From the NCBI GenBank assembly GCA_001777665.1, contig MFEQ01000004.1, positions 64,679-128,678 on the forward strand: DNA of 64,000 nucleotides. The letters are read 5' to 3'. The stretch comes from Candidatus Doudnabacteria bacterium RIFCSPHIGHO2_02_FULL_42_25. GTDB lineage: Bacteria; Patescibacteriota; Doudnabacteria; UBA920; O2-02-FULL-48-8. Shown in pieces: positions 1 through 9,748 of this stretch; position 1 is the first letter of the stretch; each line of letters starts with the position of its first letter. The notes under the pieces were generated by a model. That model saw only the letters and a list, made by a program, of their open reading frames with translations, did not search any database and was not told where the DNA came from. Made by a program: the position numbers and the translations under genes.

Positions 1-385
1 CGGCCCGGACTAAGCCCTCGAAAATTCGGCCATCAGATAAAACGACTCTGACTTGATTACTTTCTCGGATCGAATTGCGTGATGTGAAAATCAAGCCATC
101 AGAACTCATAATCGTTCCCAAACCTTGGAAAATGCTGTCATTATAAATCGAGACTGTGATGCCAGTGAGTTGTTTGCCCAGTTCGACTAAATTTACTCCT
201 TCATTTAACTGAACTTCAGTTGTCCGATTAATTATTATTGGCGAGGACGTAACCAGACGATTTAAAGTCTCCCAACGAGTTACCGAGGCCATCCAAGGAA
301 TAAAAAATCGGCCGAGCAGAATACTACCTAGAGCGCCCACAAAAAATGAGATCAAGATAATATTGAGAGCTTGTTTTTTATTCAT
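1..385 (-). CDS. Membrane-anchored HtrA/trypsin-like domain protein (partial, runs off the window start)
   Basis: Not in ORF track. Hand translation from ATG at 385: MNKKQALNIILISFFVGALGSILLG...GLGTIMSSDGLIFTSRNSI...VRVVLSDGRIFEG, resembling the HtrA GSGFIISxDGYILTN...V.L.DG pattern. Confidence 0.65.
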   Translation of the reverse strand, partial: MNKKQALNIILISFFVGALGSILLGRFFIPWMASVTRWETLNRLVTSSPIIINRTTEVQLNEGVNLVELGKQLTGITVSIYNDSIFQGLGTIMSSDGLIFTSRNSIRESNQVRVVLSDGRIFEGLVRA

Positions 386-662
386 AACGATAACCTTCCT
401 GTTTTAGCAGCTTTAGCTTCTGTTTGAGCCCTCCACGCGCGCTATATCCGCCCATACCATTATAGCCTACAACTCTGTGACACGGGATATATGGCGCATC
501 TTCGTTTCGGGCTAATGCATTCCCCACTGCTCTCGCGGCTTTCGGGTTACCAATCTTTCGGGCAACTTCCGAATACCTCATCACTTTACCAGGGGGAATA
601 GTTAGCGCCACTCGAAAAACTTTTTGCTGGAATGATGTATATTTATCCTAATTGATTGTCAT
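378..662 (-). CDS. ogt: Methylated-DNA--protein-cysteine methyltransferase (MGMT) with an in-frame TAG at codon 5
   Basis: IPPGKVMRYSEVA, ARAVGNA and PCHRVV motifs. The conserved N-terminal TSFQQKV lies upstream of the track start (611). ATG at 662, TAG at 650-648. Confidence 0.8.
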
Positions 663-1366
663 CTTATCGGTCTCCACGGGGCTGTGCTCAAAGTTACGAT
701 AAGAACAATCGCTGCCAATGTTAGCTGCCAATAAACTTTCTGTCTCGTAAGCTTCCCGAAAAATGCTGAAAAAGAGAACAGCCACATGATATAAAAGAAA
801 ACAAATAGTATAACTCCTTGAACGAAAAAGTGCGTCGGCCAAAAACTTAAAGCCCAAGTCACTTCTGCTGTAACTACCGCAATCAAGAGGTGGAAATATT
901 TTTTCGACGGCAAACTAAATCCAGCAAATCCCTGGACTGCTAATAAATAACTAATAAGGAAACTGATCGGGACGATATACCAAACTTTGACATCGAAATA
1001 AAATTCAAAAGCAAACATGGACAGAAAAATCGCGAACACAGAAAGCAAATAAACGTTCTGGAGGAAATGACTTTCTTTGCCAAGCTTTAATTCAAGCAGA
1101 TAAAAAATAACCGAGATGCAGATCAAAAATAGGATTCGGATCGTTAAACTATTGATGATCACAAAAATACTTCCCGTCGCCATTAAATAAATCACCGGCA
1201 GCATCAAATGTGGCCAGGTGAAATTTAGTCTTTTAAAATTGATAGCTAGAGACGCAAAAATCAAAACGACCAGTGAAGCCACAAAAACATATAAATTGGC
1301 AGCGCTTCCTAAGAACACAAAAAACAATAAAATCGCCAATATTAAAGATGAGATTTTCGTGAACAT
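659..1366 (-). CDS. Multi-pass membrane protein, function unknown
   Basis: 235 aa, about 8 hydrophobic segments, directly downstream of lgt. Confidence 0.7.
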   Translation of the reverse strand: MFTKISSLILAILLFFVFLGSAANLYVFVASLVVLIFASLAINFKRLNFTWPHLMLPVIYLMATGSIFVIINSLTIRILFLICISVIFYLLELKLGKESHFLQNVYLLSVFAIFLSMFAFEFYFDVKVWYIVPISFLISYLLAVQGFAGFSLPSKKYFHLLIAVVTAEVTWALSFWPTHFFVQGVILFVFFYIMWLFSFSAFFGKLTRQKVYWQLTLAAIVLIVTLSTAPWRPIR

Positions 1367-1380
1367 GTACAGGTATTTTA

Positions 1381-2199
1381 TCAGTTTTTAGCTACTTTCC
1401 GCAAGATGAAAAAGCCACTGATAACAACCAAACAAAAAGCGATGATTTGGTCTACGCGAAAGTTGCCGACAAAGAAACTGTCTTCACGAATCCCCTCGAT
1501 GAAGAATCTGCCCAATGAATATAGAAAAAGGTAAGATAATCCGATAATTCCACTTTTAACTTTTCCTAAAAGCTTAAACAAAATCAAAAATATCGCTATG
1601 TCTAAAATGGCTTCGTATAAAAAAGCTGGATGATGGTATTGTCGATCTGCAGCGATGTACATTTTCCAAGGCAAATCTGTGACTAAGCCATAGGCTTCTT
1701 GGTTGACGAAATTCCCAAACCGACCGATTGCTTGTCCTAATGGCAAACTCAAAGCGATCAAATCAAACAAATGGAAAAAAGTATAAGCTTTTCGTCGGGC
1801 GTAAAAATATGTAAAAATTAAACAAGATAAAATCGCACCATAAATGGCCAGACCTCCGTGCCATATTTGATAAATCTCTGAAGGATTTTTCGAATAAAAA
1901 TCCCAGTTAAAAATGACTGTATAGACACGGGCTCCGAGTACTCCAATAATTACTAGCCAAAATGCATATTCATCTAAATTTTCCTTGCTGACTCCAAACT
2001 TCCACGAATTTTTTCTCGCAACTAAGTATGCACTAAAAATCGCTCCAGCCAAAATCAAACCGTACCAACGGATTTCGAGATTGCCCAAACTGATCACCGG
2101 GTTAATTACTATCTCACCGGCAAACGCTGGGATGAAAAAGAAAAAAACTGCGAGAGCAGCTAGGACTATGCCGGTTAAAATTAAAATATATTTTTTCAT
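1381..2199 (-). CDS. lgt: Prolipoprotein diacylglyceryl transferase
   Basis: IRWYG, GARVY, WHGGLAIYG, GRFGNFVNQEAYG, HPAFLYE motifs. Confidence 0.95.
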   Translation of the reverse strand: MKKYILILTGIVLAALAVFFFFIPAFAGEIVINPVISLGNLEIRWYGLILAGAIFSAYLVARKNSWKFGVSKENLDEYAFWLVIIGVLGARVYTVIFNWDFYSKNPSEIYQIWHGGLAIYGAILSCLIFTYFYARRKAYTFFHLFDLIALSLPLGQAIGRFGNFVNQEAYGLVTDLPWKMYIAADRQYHHPAFLYEAILDIAIFLILFKLLGKVKSGIIGLSYLFLYSLGRFFIEGIREDSFFVGNFRVDQIIAFCLVVISGFFILRKVAKN

Positions 2200-2214
2200 G
2201 AATAGACGCGAGCC

Positions 2215-2793
2215 TTAAAATAACGCAGCTTGTCTGGCAATTGGTTTTCGCATCATCGGCTCGCTGAAACGCATCTGTAACTCCCTCATCTCAAAATAAT
2301 CCTTATACATACACTTCTCATATCGTAATATATAATCGTAGAGATCTTTGGTGATTCTGACATCATCTAGGCAATATTTTTTCAACTCTTCTATCTGTCC
2401 CAGTTTGTAAAATTTCAAAGCCTGCAATCCATCCCCGCTTTTCCCAACTCCCAAAGTAGATTGAGCTAAATTATCTAGCTTCAATCGACGCCCAAGTAAT
2501 TTTTCGATTTCCTCAAGGATGTCTAAGTAAGGAATGTCAGATAGTTGATAATTCAAATACGGTTGAAGGACTTGAAAATCGAAATTCTTGATATTAAAAC
2601 CGATCACCTGATCAGCTTCTGCGAGCATCTCACCTAACCGATAAAGTTGGTCTTCAGTAAAACATTGATATTTATTAGAAGGATAAGAGTAGACTCCAAC
2701 TACAGAAACTTTAAGTAAGTGATTTTTACCAAACCCCCCAACTTCTTCAAATGATTTTTGTGTCTCTAAATCGAGAACGATTTTGTTTAACAT
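2215..2793 (-). CDS. RNase H-like/DEDD 3'-5' exonuclease domain protein (YprB-like)
   Basis: DLET, GFNIKNFD, LDNLA, YCLDDV motifs. Confidence 0.8.
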   Translation of the reverse strand: MLNKIVLDLETQKSFEEVGGFGKNHLLKVSVVGVYSYPSNKYQCFTEDQLYRLGEMLAEADQVIGFNIKNFDFQVLQPYLNYQLSDIPYLDILEEIEKLLGRRLKLDNLAQSTLGVGKSGDGLQALKFYKLGQIEELKKYCLDDVRITKDLYDYILRYEKCMYKDYFEMRELQMRFSEPMMRKPIARQAALF

Positions 2794-2861
2794 ACATTAA
2801 GCATTATATCACAACCTGCTGCAATTTGGTCAATGCCAACAATTATGGTAAAATAATCAAT

Positions 2862-4298
2862 ATGAATCGCACGCTTATTAAAGATACAATCAACAAAACC
2901 GAGCAGGAAGTTTTAATTAAAGGCTGGGTCAACATCAGAAGAGATCATGGCAAATTGATTTTTTTGGATATCCGGGACCGATCTGGTTTGATTCAAGCCG
3001 TGATCAATCCTAAGGTTTCTGCTGAAGCGCATGCGGTTGCCTCTGAAATCCGCAACGAATATGTAGTCGAGCTGATCGGAAAAATCAATCCACGCGGCGA
3101 AAAACAAATAAATCTAGACCTCGAAACTGGAAAGATCGAAATCGAAGTTACAGGGCTAAAGATAATCAACGGTGCCAAGCCACTCCCCTTTGATATTACT
3201 TCAGACACGAGAACGGTTTCCGAAGAAATACGTCTAAAATACAGGTATTTGGATTTGAGAAATGAGCGAATGAAAAAAAATCTCAAGCTAAGACATAATG
3301 TCATCCAATTCATCAGAAATTATTTGATGGGACTTGATTTCACGGAAATCCAAACACCAATCCTTACTAAATCAACACCTGAAGGAGCAAGAGATTACCT
3401 AGTACCATCGAGGATTTATCCTGGTAATTTTTTTGCATTGCCTCAATCTCCACAACAATACAAACAGTTGTTAATGGTTGGTGGAATAGAACGATACTTT
3501 CAGATAGCTCCGTGTTTTCGTGATGAAGACGCCAGAGCCGATCGAAGTCCGGGAGAATTTTATCAACTCGATCTTGAAATGTCTTTTGTCGAACAGGAAG
3601 ATATTTTAGAGTTGACTGAAAAATTGTTTACCGATTTGGTAAAAACTCTTACTCCAGAAAAACATATAACTTTTTCTCCTTGGCCAAGAATTACCCACAA
3701 AGAAGCAAAAGCGAAATTCGGAAATGACAAACCAGATATGCGTAAAGATAAAAATGATCCGAATGAATTGGCTTTTTGTTGGGTTTTAGATTTTCCTCTT
3801 TTCACTGAACAAACCGAAGAAGATTTCTTTCACGGAGCAGGAGATAAATGGGGGCCTTCGCATCACATGTTTACTGCTCCCAAATCGGAAGATATTCCAT
3901 TACTAGATACAGATCCAGGAAAAGCTAGAGGGTTACAACACGATTTGGCTTTGAATGGTGTGGAAATTGGCGGAGGTAGCATCCGTATTCATGATCCAAA
4001 AATTCAGGAAAAGATTTTTGATTTGATTGGATTTACTAAAAAGCAGAAACAACGATTCAATCACATGCTAGAAGCTTTTGAATATGGCGTTCCCCCTCAT
4101 GGTGGCATAGCTCCAGGAATAGATCGATTAGTTAGAATTTTAGCAGGGGAAGAAAAAATTAGTGAGGTCATCGCTTTTCCTCTCTCTGGATCAGTTCGCG
4201 ACCCTATGATGGGTTCCCCTTCCGACGTGTCAGACAAACAACTCAAAGAATTACACATCAAAGTGGATTTACCAAAGGAGAAAAAAATAGATATTTAA
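2862..4298 (+). CDS. aspS: Aspartate--tRNA ligase, probably non-discriminating, lacking the GAD insertion domain
   Basis: RRDHG, TPEGARDY, LPQSPQQYKQ, PPHGGIAPGIDR. Start placed at ATG 2862, 7 nt after TAAAAT. Confidence 0.95.
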   Translation: MNRTLIKDTINKTEQEVLIKGWVNIRRDHGKLIFLDIRDRSGLIQAVINPKVSAEAHAVASEIRNEYVVELIGKINPRGEKQINLDLETGKIEIEVTGLKIINGAKPLPFDITSDTRTVSEEIRLKYRYLDLRNERMKKNLKLRHNVIQFIRNYLMGLDFTEIQTPILTKSTPEGARDYLVPSRIYPGNFFALPQSPQQYKQLLMVGGIERYFQIAPCFRDEDARADRSPGEFYQLDLEMSFVEQEDILELTEKLFTDLVKTLTPEKHITFSPWPRITHKEAKAKFGNDKPDMRKDKNDPNELAFCWVLDFPLFTEQTEEDFFHGAGDKWGPSHHMFTAPKSEDIPLLDTDPGKARGLQHDLALNGVEIGGGSIRIHDPKIQEKIFDLIGFTKKQKQRFNHMLEAFEYGVPPHGGIAPGIDRLVRILAGEEKISEVIAFPLSGSVRDPMMGSPSDVSDKQLKELHIKVDLPKEKKIDI

Positions 4299-4422
4299 TT
4301 CCCCCTCTTAGAATAAGAGGGGGTTAGGGGGGAGTTAGATCTCAAGCGTTAAACAGCAGCTTAATCCTTAAAGGATATAACCCCTCCTAGCCTCCCCTTA
4401 ATATAAGGGGAGGAACAACAGC
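4297..4422. mobile_element. Empty (non-autonomous) copy of the DUF559-type inverted-repeat element
   Basis: Ends CCCCCTCTTAGAATAAGAGGGGG and CCTCCCCTTAATATAAGGGGAGGAACAAC; near-identical inverted copy at 55137-55255. Confidence 0.8.
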
Positions 4423-4443
4423 ATACACTCACCACCCTCAATC

Positions 4444-4512
4444 CCATCTCGAACAGAGTGAGAGATCCCTCTTAAGAGCGATTTCTCGACTCGTTTCACT
4501 CGCTCGAAATGG
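4444..4512. repeat. Palindromic repeat CCATCTCGA...GAGATCCCTC...GAGCGATTTCTC...CGAAATGG
   Basis: Related copies at 56157-56232 and, inverted, 62604-62645. Confidence 0.75.
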
Positions 4513-4524
4513 TTTACAAATTAT

Positions 4525-4707
4525 ATGCAATATCTTAAATCGGTCATAAATATTCTTTGGATCATAACTCTGATTATTGTAATAATTAATGATATCCAAA
4601 CACCAGGCACTGCACCTATACACTATTGGTATTTTTATGCTGCTTCAGTTATGATAATACTTAGGTTTATTGACGATAAATTTTATAAATCAAATAGTAA
4701 AAAATAA
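4525..4707 (+). CDS. Small 2-TM membrane protein
   Basis: 60 aa, two hydrophobic segments, basic C-terminus. Confidence 0.5.
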   Translation: MQYLKSVINILWIITLIIVIINDIQTPGTAPIHYWYFYAASVMIILRFIDDKFYKSNSKK

Positions 4708-4716
4708 CCGCTTTCC

Positions 4717-5190
4717 ATGGTTAATAAAATGATATCAAAACCTTTAGAAAAACTACTTAAAGCAAATAAAATCAAATACGAAATTGCGGAACACCGAAAA
4801 GTGTTCACGGCTATTGATGCTGCTGCAACGCAAGATTTAAAAACTGCTGAAGTCGCCAAAGCTGTACTTCTCAAGGGCAAAAACAATCTTTATTTGGCAG
4901 TTTTGCCTGCCGGTAACAACTGCGACTTTAAGGCGTTGAGTAAGCTTACCGCGGATAAAGTTTCCATGGCCAAGGAAAAAGATATTTCCAAAAATATCAA
5001 TGCCAAAATTGGTTTAATTCCCCCATTTGGTTCACTTTTCAAACTTCCCGTTTATCTGGATAAAAAATTACTGAAAAATAAAAAAATAAATTTACCAGCT
5101 GGATCATATACTGAATCTGTGGTTTTGAGTGTGAAAGATTATCAAAAACTGGAAAATCCGATTCTGGGAAACTTTAGTATCAAAAAATAA
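4717..5190 (+). CDS. YbaK/ProX family aminoacyl-tRNA deacylase
   Basis: FTAIDAA, AKAVLL, GLIPPFG motifs; start may be 4729. Confidence 0.85.
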   Translation: MVNKMISKPLEKLLKANKIKYEIAEHRKVFTAIDAAATQDLKTAEVAKAVLLKGKNNLYLAVLPAGNNCDFKALSKLTADKVSMAKEKDISKNINAKIGLIPPFGSLFKLPVYLDKKLLKNKKINLPAGSYTESVVLSVKDYQKLENPILGNFSIKK

Positions 5191-5912
5191 TGGTCCAAAT
5201 CAAAACCGATCAATTTGAAGGGCCGCTCGATTTGCTTCTGACACTGATCGAAGAGCAAAAGCTCGATATATCCACTGTAGCATTAGCAAAAGTCACAGAA
5301 CAATTTTTGGATTATGTAAAAAATCTTCAGGTAAAAAATCCAATTAACTTAGCCGACTTTTTAGTCATCGCAGCCAAACTTTTAGTGATCAAATCCAAAT
5401 CGCTTTTACCAACTCTGGAATTGGGAGATGAAGAGGAAGAAGCGGCTTTTGATTTAACTGAAGCTTTGCTGCAATACAAAAAATACAAAGAGGTTGCGAG
5501 GCATTTCAGACGCATTGAACTTCGTCACACTCAATCCTGGACTAGAGATGTTGATTTCTCCGATCGAATCACTTTTGTCCCTGACCCGACCATCACTCCG
5601 CAAATCCTCTCCCAGAGCTTGCAAACACTGGCTATGGAACTGAAAGAGATTATCAAATTCCCTCGCCAAATAATGAAAGAGGTGGTGTCCATCTCTGAAA
5701 AAATCGCCCACATCCAGCAACTAATTTCGTCTCAAATTGAAACTTCGCTCGCTTCCCTCCTTAAAGAAAGTAAAAGCAAAACCGAAGTCATTGTAACTTT
5801 TCTAGCCCTGCTCGAACTGACCAAACAACGGATAATCCAGCTCGAACAAACTGAACATTTCGCCGACATCATTATTAAAAAACATCAGCTCCATGGACCC
5901 AGTCAAGCTTAA
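5190..5912 (+). CDS. scpA: Segregation and condensation protein A
   Basis: FEGPLDLLL, IKSKSLLP, IVTFLALLEL. Confidence 0.95.
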   Translation: MVQIKTDQFEGPLDLLLTLIEEQKLDISTVALAKVTEQFLDYVKNLQVKNPINLADFLVIAAKLLVIKSKSLLPTLELGDEEEEAAFDLTEALLQYKKYKEVARHFRRIELRHTQSWTRDVDFSDRITFVPDPTITPQILSQSLQTLAMELKEIIKFPRQIMKEVVSISEKIAHIQQLISSQIETSLASLLKESKSKTEVIVTFLALLELTKQRIIQLEQTEHFADIIIKKHQLHGPSQA

Positions 5913-6450
5913 ATCCCAAATTCTCTCTATCCTCTTTGTGGCATCCAATCCAGTTTCCATCAAAGAAATTCAAGAATCTTTAGGGGTTAACGAAGACGAA
6001 ATAAAAATAGTCATTGAAGAACTTGTTGCAGCCAATCACAGTTCTGGCATTATTCTTTTGGCGCATAATAACAAATTACAACTGGCTTCCAATCCAGATA
6101 ATACGCAGGTTGTAAAAAAATTCTTGTCGCTGGAATTAAGAGAAAGATTAACTGATTCAGCTCTGGAAACTTTGGCCATCATTACCTACAAACAACCTGT
6201 CTCTAAAGCAGAGGTTGAAAACATTCGAGGGGTAAATTCCCAGTACATTTTGCGCCAACTGCTCATCCGAGGGTTGATTGAAAAAATCCCGTCCTCCTCT
6301 GACAAAAGGATGCAACTTTATAAAACTACTTTGGAATTCATGCAGCATTTGGGGATCAAGAGTCAGAACGAATTGCCAAACTTCGAAGAATTAACTAAAA
6401 ATATTACTCTTACCCCCCAAGCCCCACCCGAAGCCAAAATCGAGATTTAA
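5893..6450 (+). CDS. scpB: Segregation and condensation protein B
   Basis: LETLAIITYKQPVSKAEVENIRGV. Confidence 0.95.
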   Translation: MDPVKLKSQILSILFVASNPVSIKEIQESLGVNEDEIKIVIEELVAANHSSGIILLAHNNKLQLASNPDNTQVVKKFLSLELRERLTDSALETLAIITYKQPVSKAEVENIRGVNSQYILRQLLIRGLIEKIPSSSDKRMQLYKTTLEFMQHLGIKSQNELPNFEELTKNITLTPQAPPEAKIEI

Positions 6451-7915
6451 TCGATTGGCGTTGGGGTTCCAGCATTTCGGTTCCTATCATTTCCAAAAAA
6501 ACTTTTAAAATATCAGGGTCAAAATGTGTTCCGGAAAGTGAAAGCATGTGCTCGATGGCTTCCTTATCATTCAAACTGCTCCTGTACGGTCGATCCGAAC
6601 GCATGGCATCCCAGACATCCGCAATTGCAAATATTCGAGCGCAAATAGGAATATCTTTACCTTTGAGCCCTCGCGGATAGCCTGTGCCGTCAAATTTTTC
6701 ATGATGGCAATAAGGGATGTCTTTAATGGTGTCCGAATATTCAAAACCTTCCAAAAATTGTGTCGCATATAAAGGGTGCTTCCGCATTATAATCCACTCC
6801 TCTTCAGAAAGCGGGCCTGGTTTATACAAAACATTGTCTGGAATTGCCATTTTTCCAATATCATGCAGCAGCGCTCCACGACGAATGTAAGCCTGCTCTC
6901 TTCTACTAACCCCCACTTTCTCTGCTAACTTCACGGTTAATTCTGCTACTCGCAGAGTATGCCCTTCTGTTTCTTTATCCCGAAGGTCCAAAGCTTTTGA
7001 CCATCCCTCCAGCGCATGTTCATACGCCTGCGAGAGTTTAATTTTACTTCGATTTCTTTCAGCAACAGTGGATGCCAGGAATAAAGTAGTTATCGCAATC
7101 ACGATCAAATACCCCAGAAGCATTACATGAGTATCTACAGGATAAGTTTTTACAAATGGACCAAAGCCTTGGTATGTAGCTATAATTGCAATCACGGCAA
7201 TTAAGAGAGTAGAATTTGCAGCTTCACGCTGGGTAAATCGAAGCCCGGCCCAGACTAAAAGCGGGATTAGCAAAAACCCCATGGGATGATTCTCTAGAAC
7301 ATTTCCATATACTAAATAACATACTGTAACAAGGCTGATAATAAATAATAATCTTTCTAAAGCTTGAACACCTCTGTAGATTTTTAATTTGGTATCTGCG
7401 ATCAAGAGCAGCGACGGAGTCAAAATAATTGCTGCCCCTAAATCACCGAGCCACCACCCAAACCACGCTTGCGAAGTCTGCGTCCAGGAATCAAAATCAC
7501 TGGTGGATAAAGCCAAAATTCCCACTGTGGCGCTCACAGCAGTGGCGATAACGCTAAAAAATACGAACATTTTAACGTTGACAGCCCGATCGTAAAAAAA
7601 TCTGCCGCCAGCGAATTTGTTAATTAAAAATGTTGCCAGCAAAGCTTCTGCTGCATTGCCAATTGCAATTATGGCTGATGATGTAATATCACCAGTGGTT
7701 GTAACGTTAACAATAAAAGCACCTATCAAAACGGCCGGCCAGAATTCAATGCCAAAGTATAACAAAGCAGCCAACGCAATTCCGGTCGGTGCCCAAACTG
7801 TGCTTATGCTGGGATTTATTTCAGCAAGCGATAATCCGAACTTACCAGCAGCGATGTAGATTAAAGAAAACAAAACAAAAATGGCACTCTGCTTCCAAGT
7901 AATTCTGTTTATCAT
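6410..7915 (-). CDS. MASE1-domain HD-GYP cyclic dinucleotide phosphodiesterase
   Basis: N-terminal WAPTGIA and WWLGD (MASE1); C-terminal HDIGK and HHEKFDGTGYP. Confidence 0.9.
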   Translation of the reverse strand: MINRITWKQSAIFVLFSLIYIAAGKFGLSLAEINPSISTVWAPTGIALAALLYFGIEFWPAVLIGAFIVNVTTTGDITSSAIIAIGNAAEALLATFLINKFAGGRFFYDRAVNVKMFVFFSVIATAVSATVGILALSTSDFDSWTQTSQAWFGWWLGDLGAAIILTPSLLLIADTKLKIYRGVQALERLLFIISLVTVCYLVYGNVLENHPMGFLLIPLLVWAGLRFTQREAANSTLLIAVIAIIATYQGFGPFVKTYPVDTHVMLLGYLIVIAITTLFLASTVAERNRSKIKLSQAYEHALEGWSKALDLRDKETEGHTLRVAELTVKLAEKVGVSRREQAYIRRGALLHDIGKMAIPDNVLYKPGPLSEEEWIIMRKHPLYATQFLEGFEYSDTIKDIPYCHHEKFDGTGYPRGLKGKDIPICARIFAIADVWDAMRSDRPYRSSLNDKEAIEHMLSLSGTHFDPDILKVFLEMIGTEMLEPQRQSIKSRFWLRVGLGG

Positions 7916-7923
7916 AGACTATT

Positions 7924-8106
7924 TTAGTAGGCGAATTGTTCGCGCAATCGGAATAAATGGATATTGGCTACCTTCTCGATCGCAGTATCTTTGGAATTAA
8001 TAACTATCTGCTTCAGCCATTTTTCAAATTCTTTGAAGGCTTTTTTCGATTTAACCCTGGCGGCTTTATCTGCGATTTCATATAGGACTAGTAAGTTGAC
8101 TGACAT
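7924..8106 (-). CDS. Small hypothetical protein
   Basis: 60 aa ORF ending 8 nt before the HD-GYP start. Confidence 0.5.
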   Translation of the reverse strand: MSVNLLVLYEIADKAARVKSKKAFKEFEKWLKQIVINSKDTAIEKVANIHLFRLREQFAY

Positions 8107-8257
8107 GGTGGTGTGTTTTCCTTTTAATTTTAATTTCTTGACCTAATTCCGCCCAATTTCTCCGAATATCCTCACTAAAAGTGCCGAAAAAATTGCGAAC
8201 TGCTTTTTCAGCTTCATTCTCTAGTGAAGCTATTTTGTTGGTTCTTGGTAGTTTCAT
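8078..8257 (-). CDS. Small hypothetical protein (59 aa, not in ORF track)
   Basis: SD GAGGAGGAG before ATG; MKLPRTNKIASLENEAEKAVRNFFGTFSEDIRRNWAELG... Confidence 0.6.
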   Translation of the reverse strand: MKLPRTNKIASLENEAEKAVRNFFGTFSEDIRRNWAELGQEIKIKRKTHHHVSQLTSPI

Positions 8258-8304
8258 AACTCCTCCTCACCAAGAATGATATACCTAATCGCACCCCGAT
8301 CAAA

Positions 8305-8324
8305 TTATGCAATTCGTACAAAAA
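8305..8324. promoter_or_regulatory. Candidate CdaR/PucR-type operator
   Basis: TTTGTACGAATTGCATAAT on the minus strand, just upstream of a TTGATC-16-TATCAT promoter; similar to the site at 9645-9662. Confidence 0.45.
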
Positions 8325-8333
8325 AGTCCGAAT

Positions 8334-9566
8334 TTAGATTTGCTTTACCGTTGCTTTCTCCAAATATAGCACTTTGTTTAAAATTAGCGCAACTTTCAAT
8401 TCCATCGCATCATTAAATTTTCGTGGGTCCAGTCCTGTGACTTTTTTAATTTTATCCAGTCGATACAAAAGGGTGTTCCTGTGGATACTCAATTCCTTCG
8501 AAGTTTGAGTTAAGCTCATATTTCTATCAAAAAACTTTTCTAGTGTTTCGAGTAGATACTCTTCAGATAACAATTTCAGAAGTAATCGACGGACAAAATT
8601 ATCCTGCCACTTTCGGTTACCTCCAGCTAGTGTGGCTACCATTCCCAAATCATCTATATGATAGAGAATTTTGTTTTCCCCGATACTCAACCCTAAATTC
8701 AATGCACGTCTGGCTTCTTCGTATGCCAAAATCGCACCATCTTTGCCTCTGTAAAAACTTCCGATACTTATCAATAGACGATTATATCCATCTTTTTCGA
8801 ATTGTGAAGCAATTAGTTGATTTAATTCCTGGGCTCGATTGCGTATATTATCCACCATTTCTCGACCTTCCATGCTGTAAAGTTCGTCGAGCAGTACTAC
8901 AAACGTATCAGATCCAAAATAGGACACAGAACAACCCGATAATCTTCCGAAAAATTGACTGAAAGCTTGAAACAACTTTTTCTTATAATTGCTCAAGGCA
9001 GTTTGTTTTTCTTCCTCAGATGCAGTCGAATTTTCTCCAAATAGTGCTGACCAAAATCCTTCCACGGTTATAATTAAAACAACCTTATCGCGATTCAGGT
9101 TAATATCAAACAAATCAGCCTCTTCACGAACCTTACTATCTTCCACTGATAGTTTTCGGTGGAGCAGTCCAAACACAAAGTTATCTTTGATTTTATCTTT
9201 GTAGGGAAAATTATCAATAACCACATTCTGCTGAATCATGAGTTCGGCAGTGGTGCCGATGATGTTGCGATAGTGTTGGTATTCTTCCGAATTGTCTTCA
9301 ATAAATAAAGCTCCTGCGGTGTCCCCTCCATAATTAATAGGTATAGCTATGCCTTGGGCTAAGGTTGTTTTAGTTGCAGGCCCCGCTGTCTCGATTTCCT
9401 TGCTTGTATCGATAACTTTTTTGAGCTGCTCGTAATTCTTACCCGTTTCAGACAAATCAGTCGAGGCGAGGACATCCCCATTCACATCAGCTACAGTAAC
9501 TTTCTTTTTCAGGATGGAAGAAAGTTTATTCACTATACCTTCAGCTATAATTTCGTTAATTGTCAT
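8334..9566 (-). CDS. CdaR/PucR family sugar-diacid-type transcriptional regulator
   Basis: N-terminal diacid-recognition-like domain; C-terminal HTH LSIHRNTLLYRLDKIKKVTGLDPR; start at MTINEII. Confidence 0.9.
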   Translation of the reverse strand: MTINEIIAEGIVNKLSSILKKKVTVADVNGDVLASTDLSETGKNYEQLKKVIDTSKEIETAGPATKTTLAQGIAIPINYGGDTAGALFIEDNSEEYQHYRNIIGTTAELMIQQNVVIDNFPYKDKIKDNFVFGLLHRKLSVEDSKVREEADLFDINLNRDKVVLIITVEGFWSALFGENSTASEEEKQTALSNYKKKLFQAFSQFFGRLSGCSVSYFGSDTFVVLLDELYSMEGREMVDNIRNRAQELNQLIASQFEKDGYNRLLISIGSFYRGKDGAILAYEEARRALNLGLSIGENKILYHIDDLGMVATLAGGNRKWQDNFVRRLLLKLLSEEYLLETLEKFFDRNMSLTQTSKELSIHRNTLLYRLDKIKKVTGLDPRKFNDAMELKVALILNKVLYLEKATVKQI

Positions 9567-9644
9567 ATAGTTAAGCCTTTGTATGTATAAATATACAATC
9601 ATTATATAGAAAAGCAAGCGTCAGCATATAAAAAATGGCTAATT

Positions 9645-9662
9645 TTTGTGCATTAGTACAAA
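9645..9662. promoter_or_regulatory. Candidate CdaR/PucR-type operator (autoregulation)
   Basis: Imperfect palindrome TTTGTGCATTAGTACAAA upstream of the regulator gene. Confidence 0.5.
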
Positions 9663-9748
9663 AATAGGCCCTTTTAACTAGTAGCAATTGTGCAAAAACT
9701 TTTTGCTTTTATACTTATCGACAAATTTAACTGGATAAGTGCATTTCC

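Noticed and set aside
648-650. Alternative genetic code (TAG or TGA reassignment)
   Set aside because: TAG and TGA end conserved genes at expected positions, RF1 is present and tRNA-Trp has a CCA anticodon
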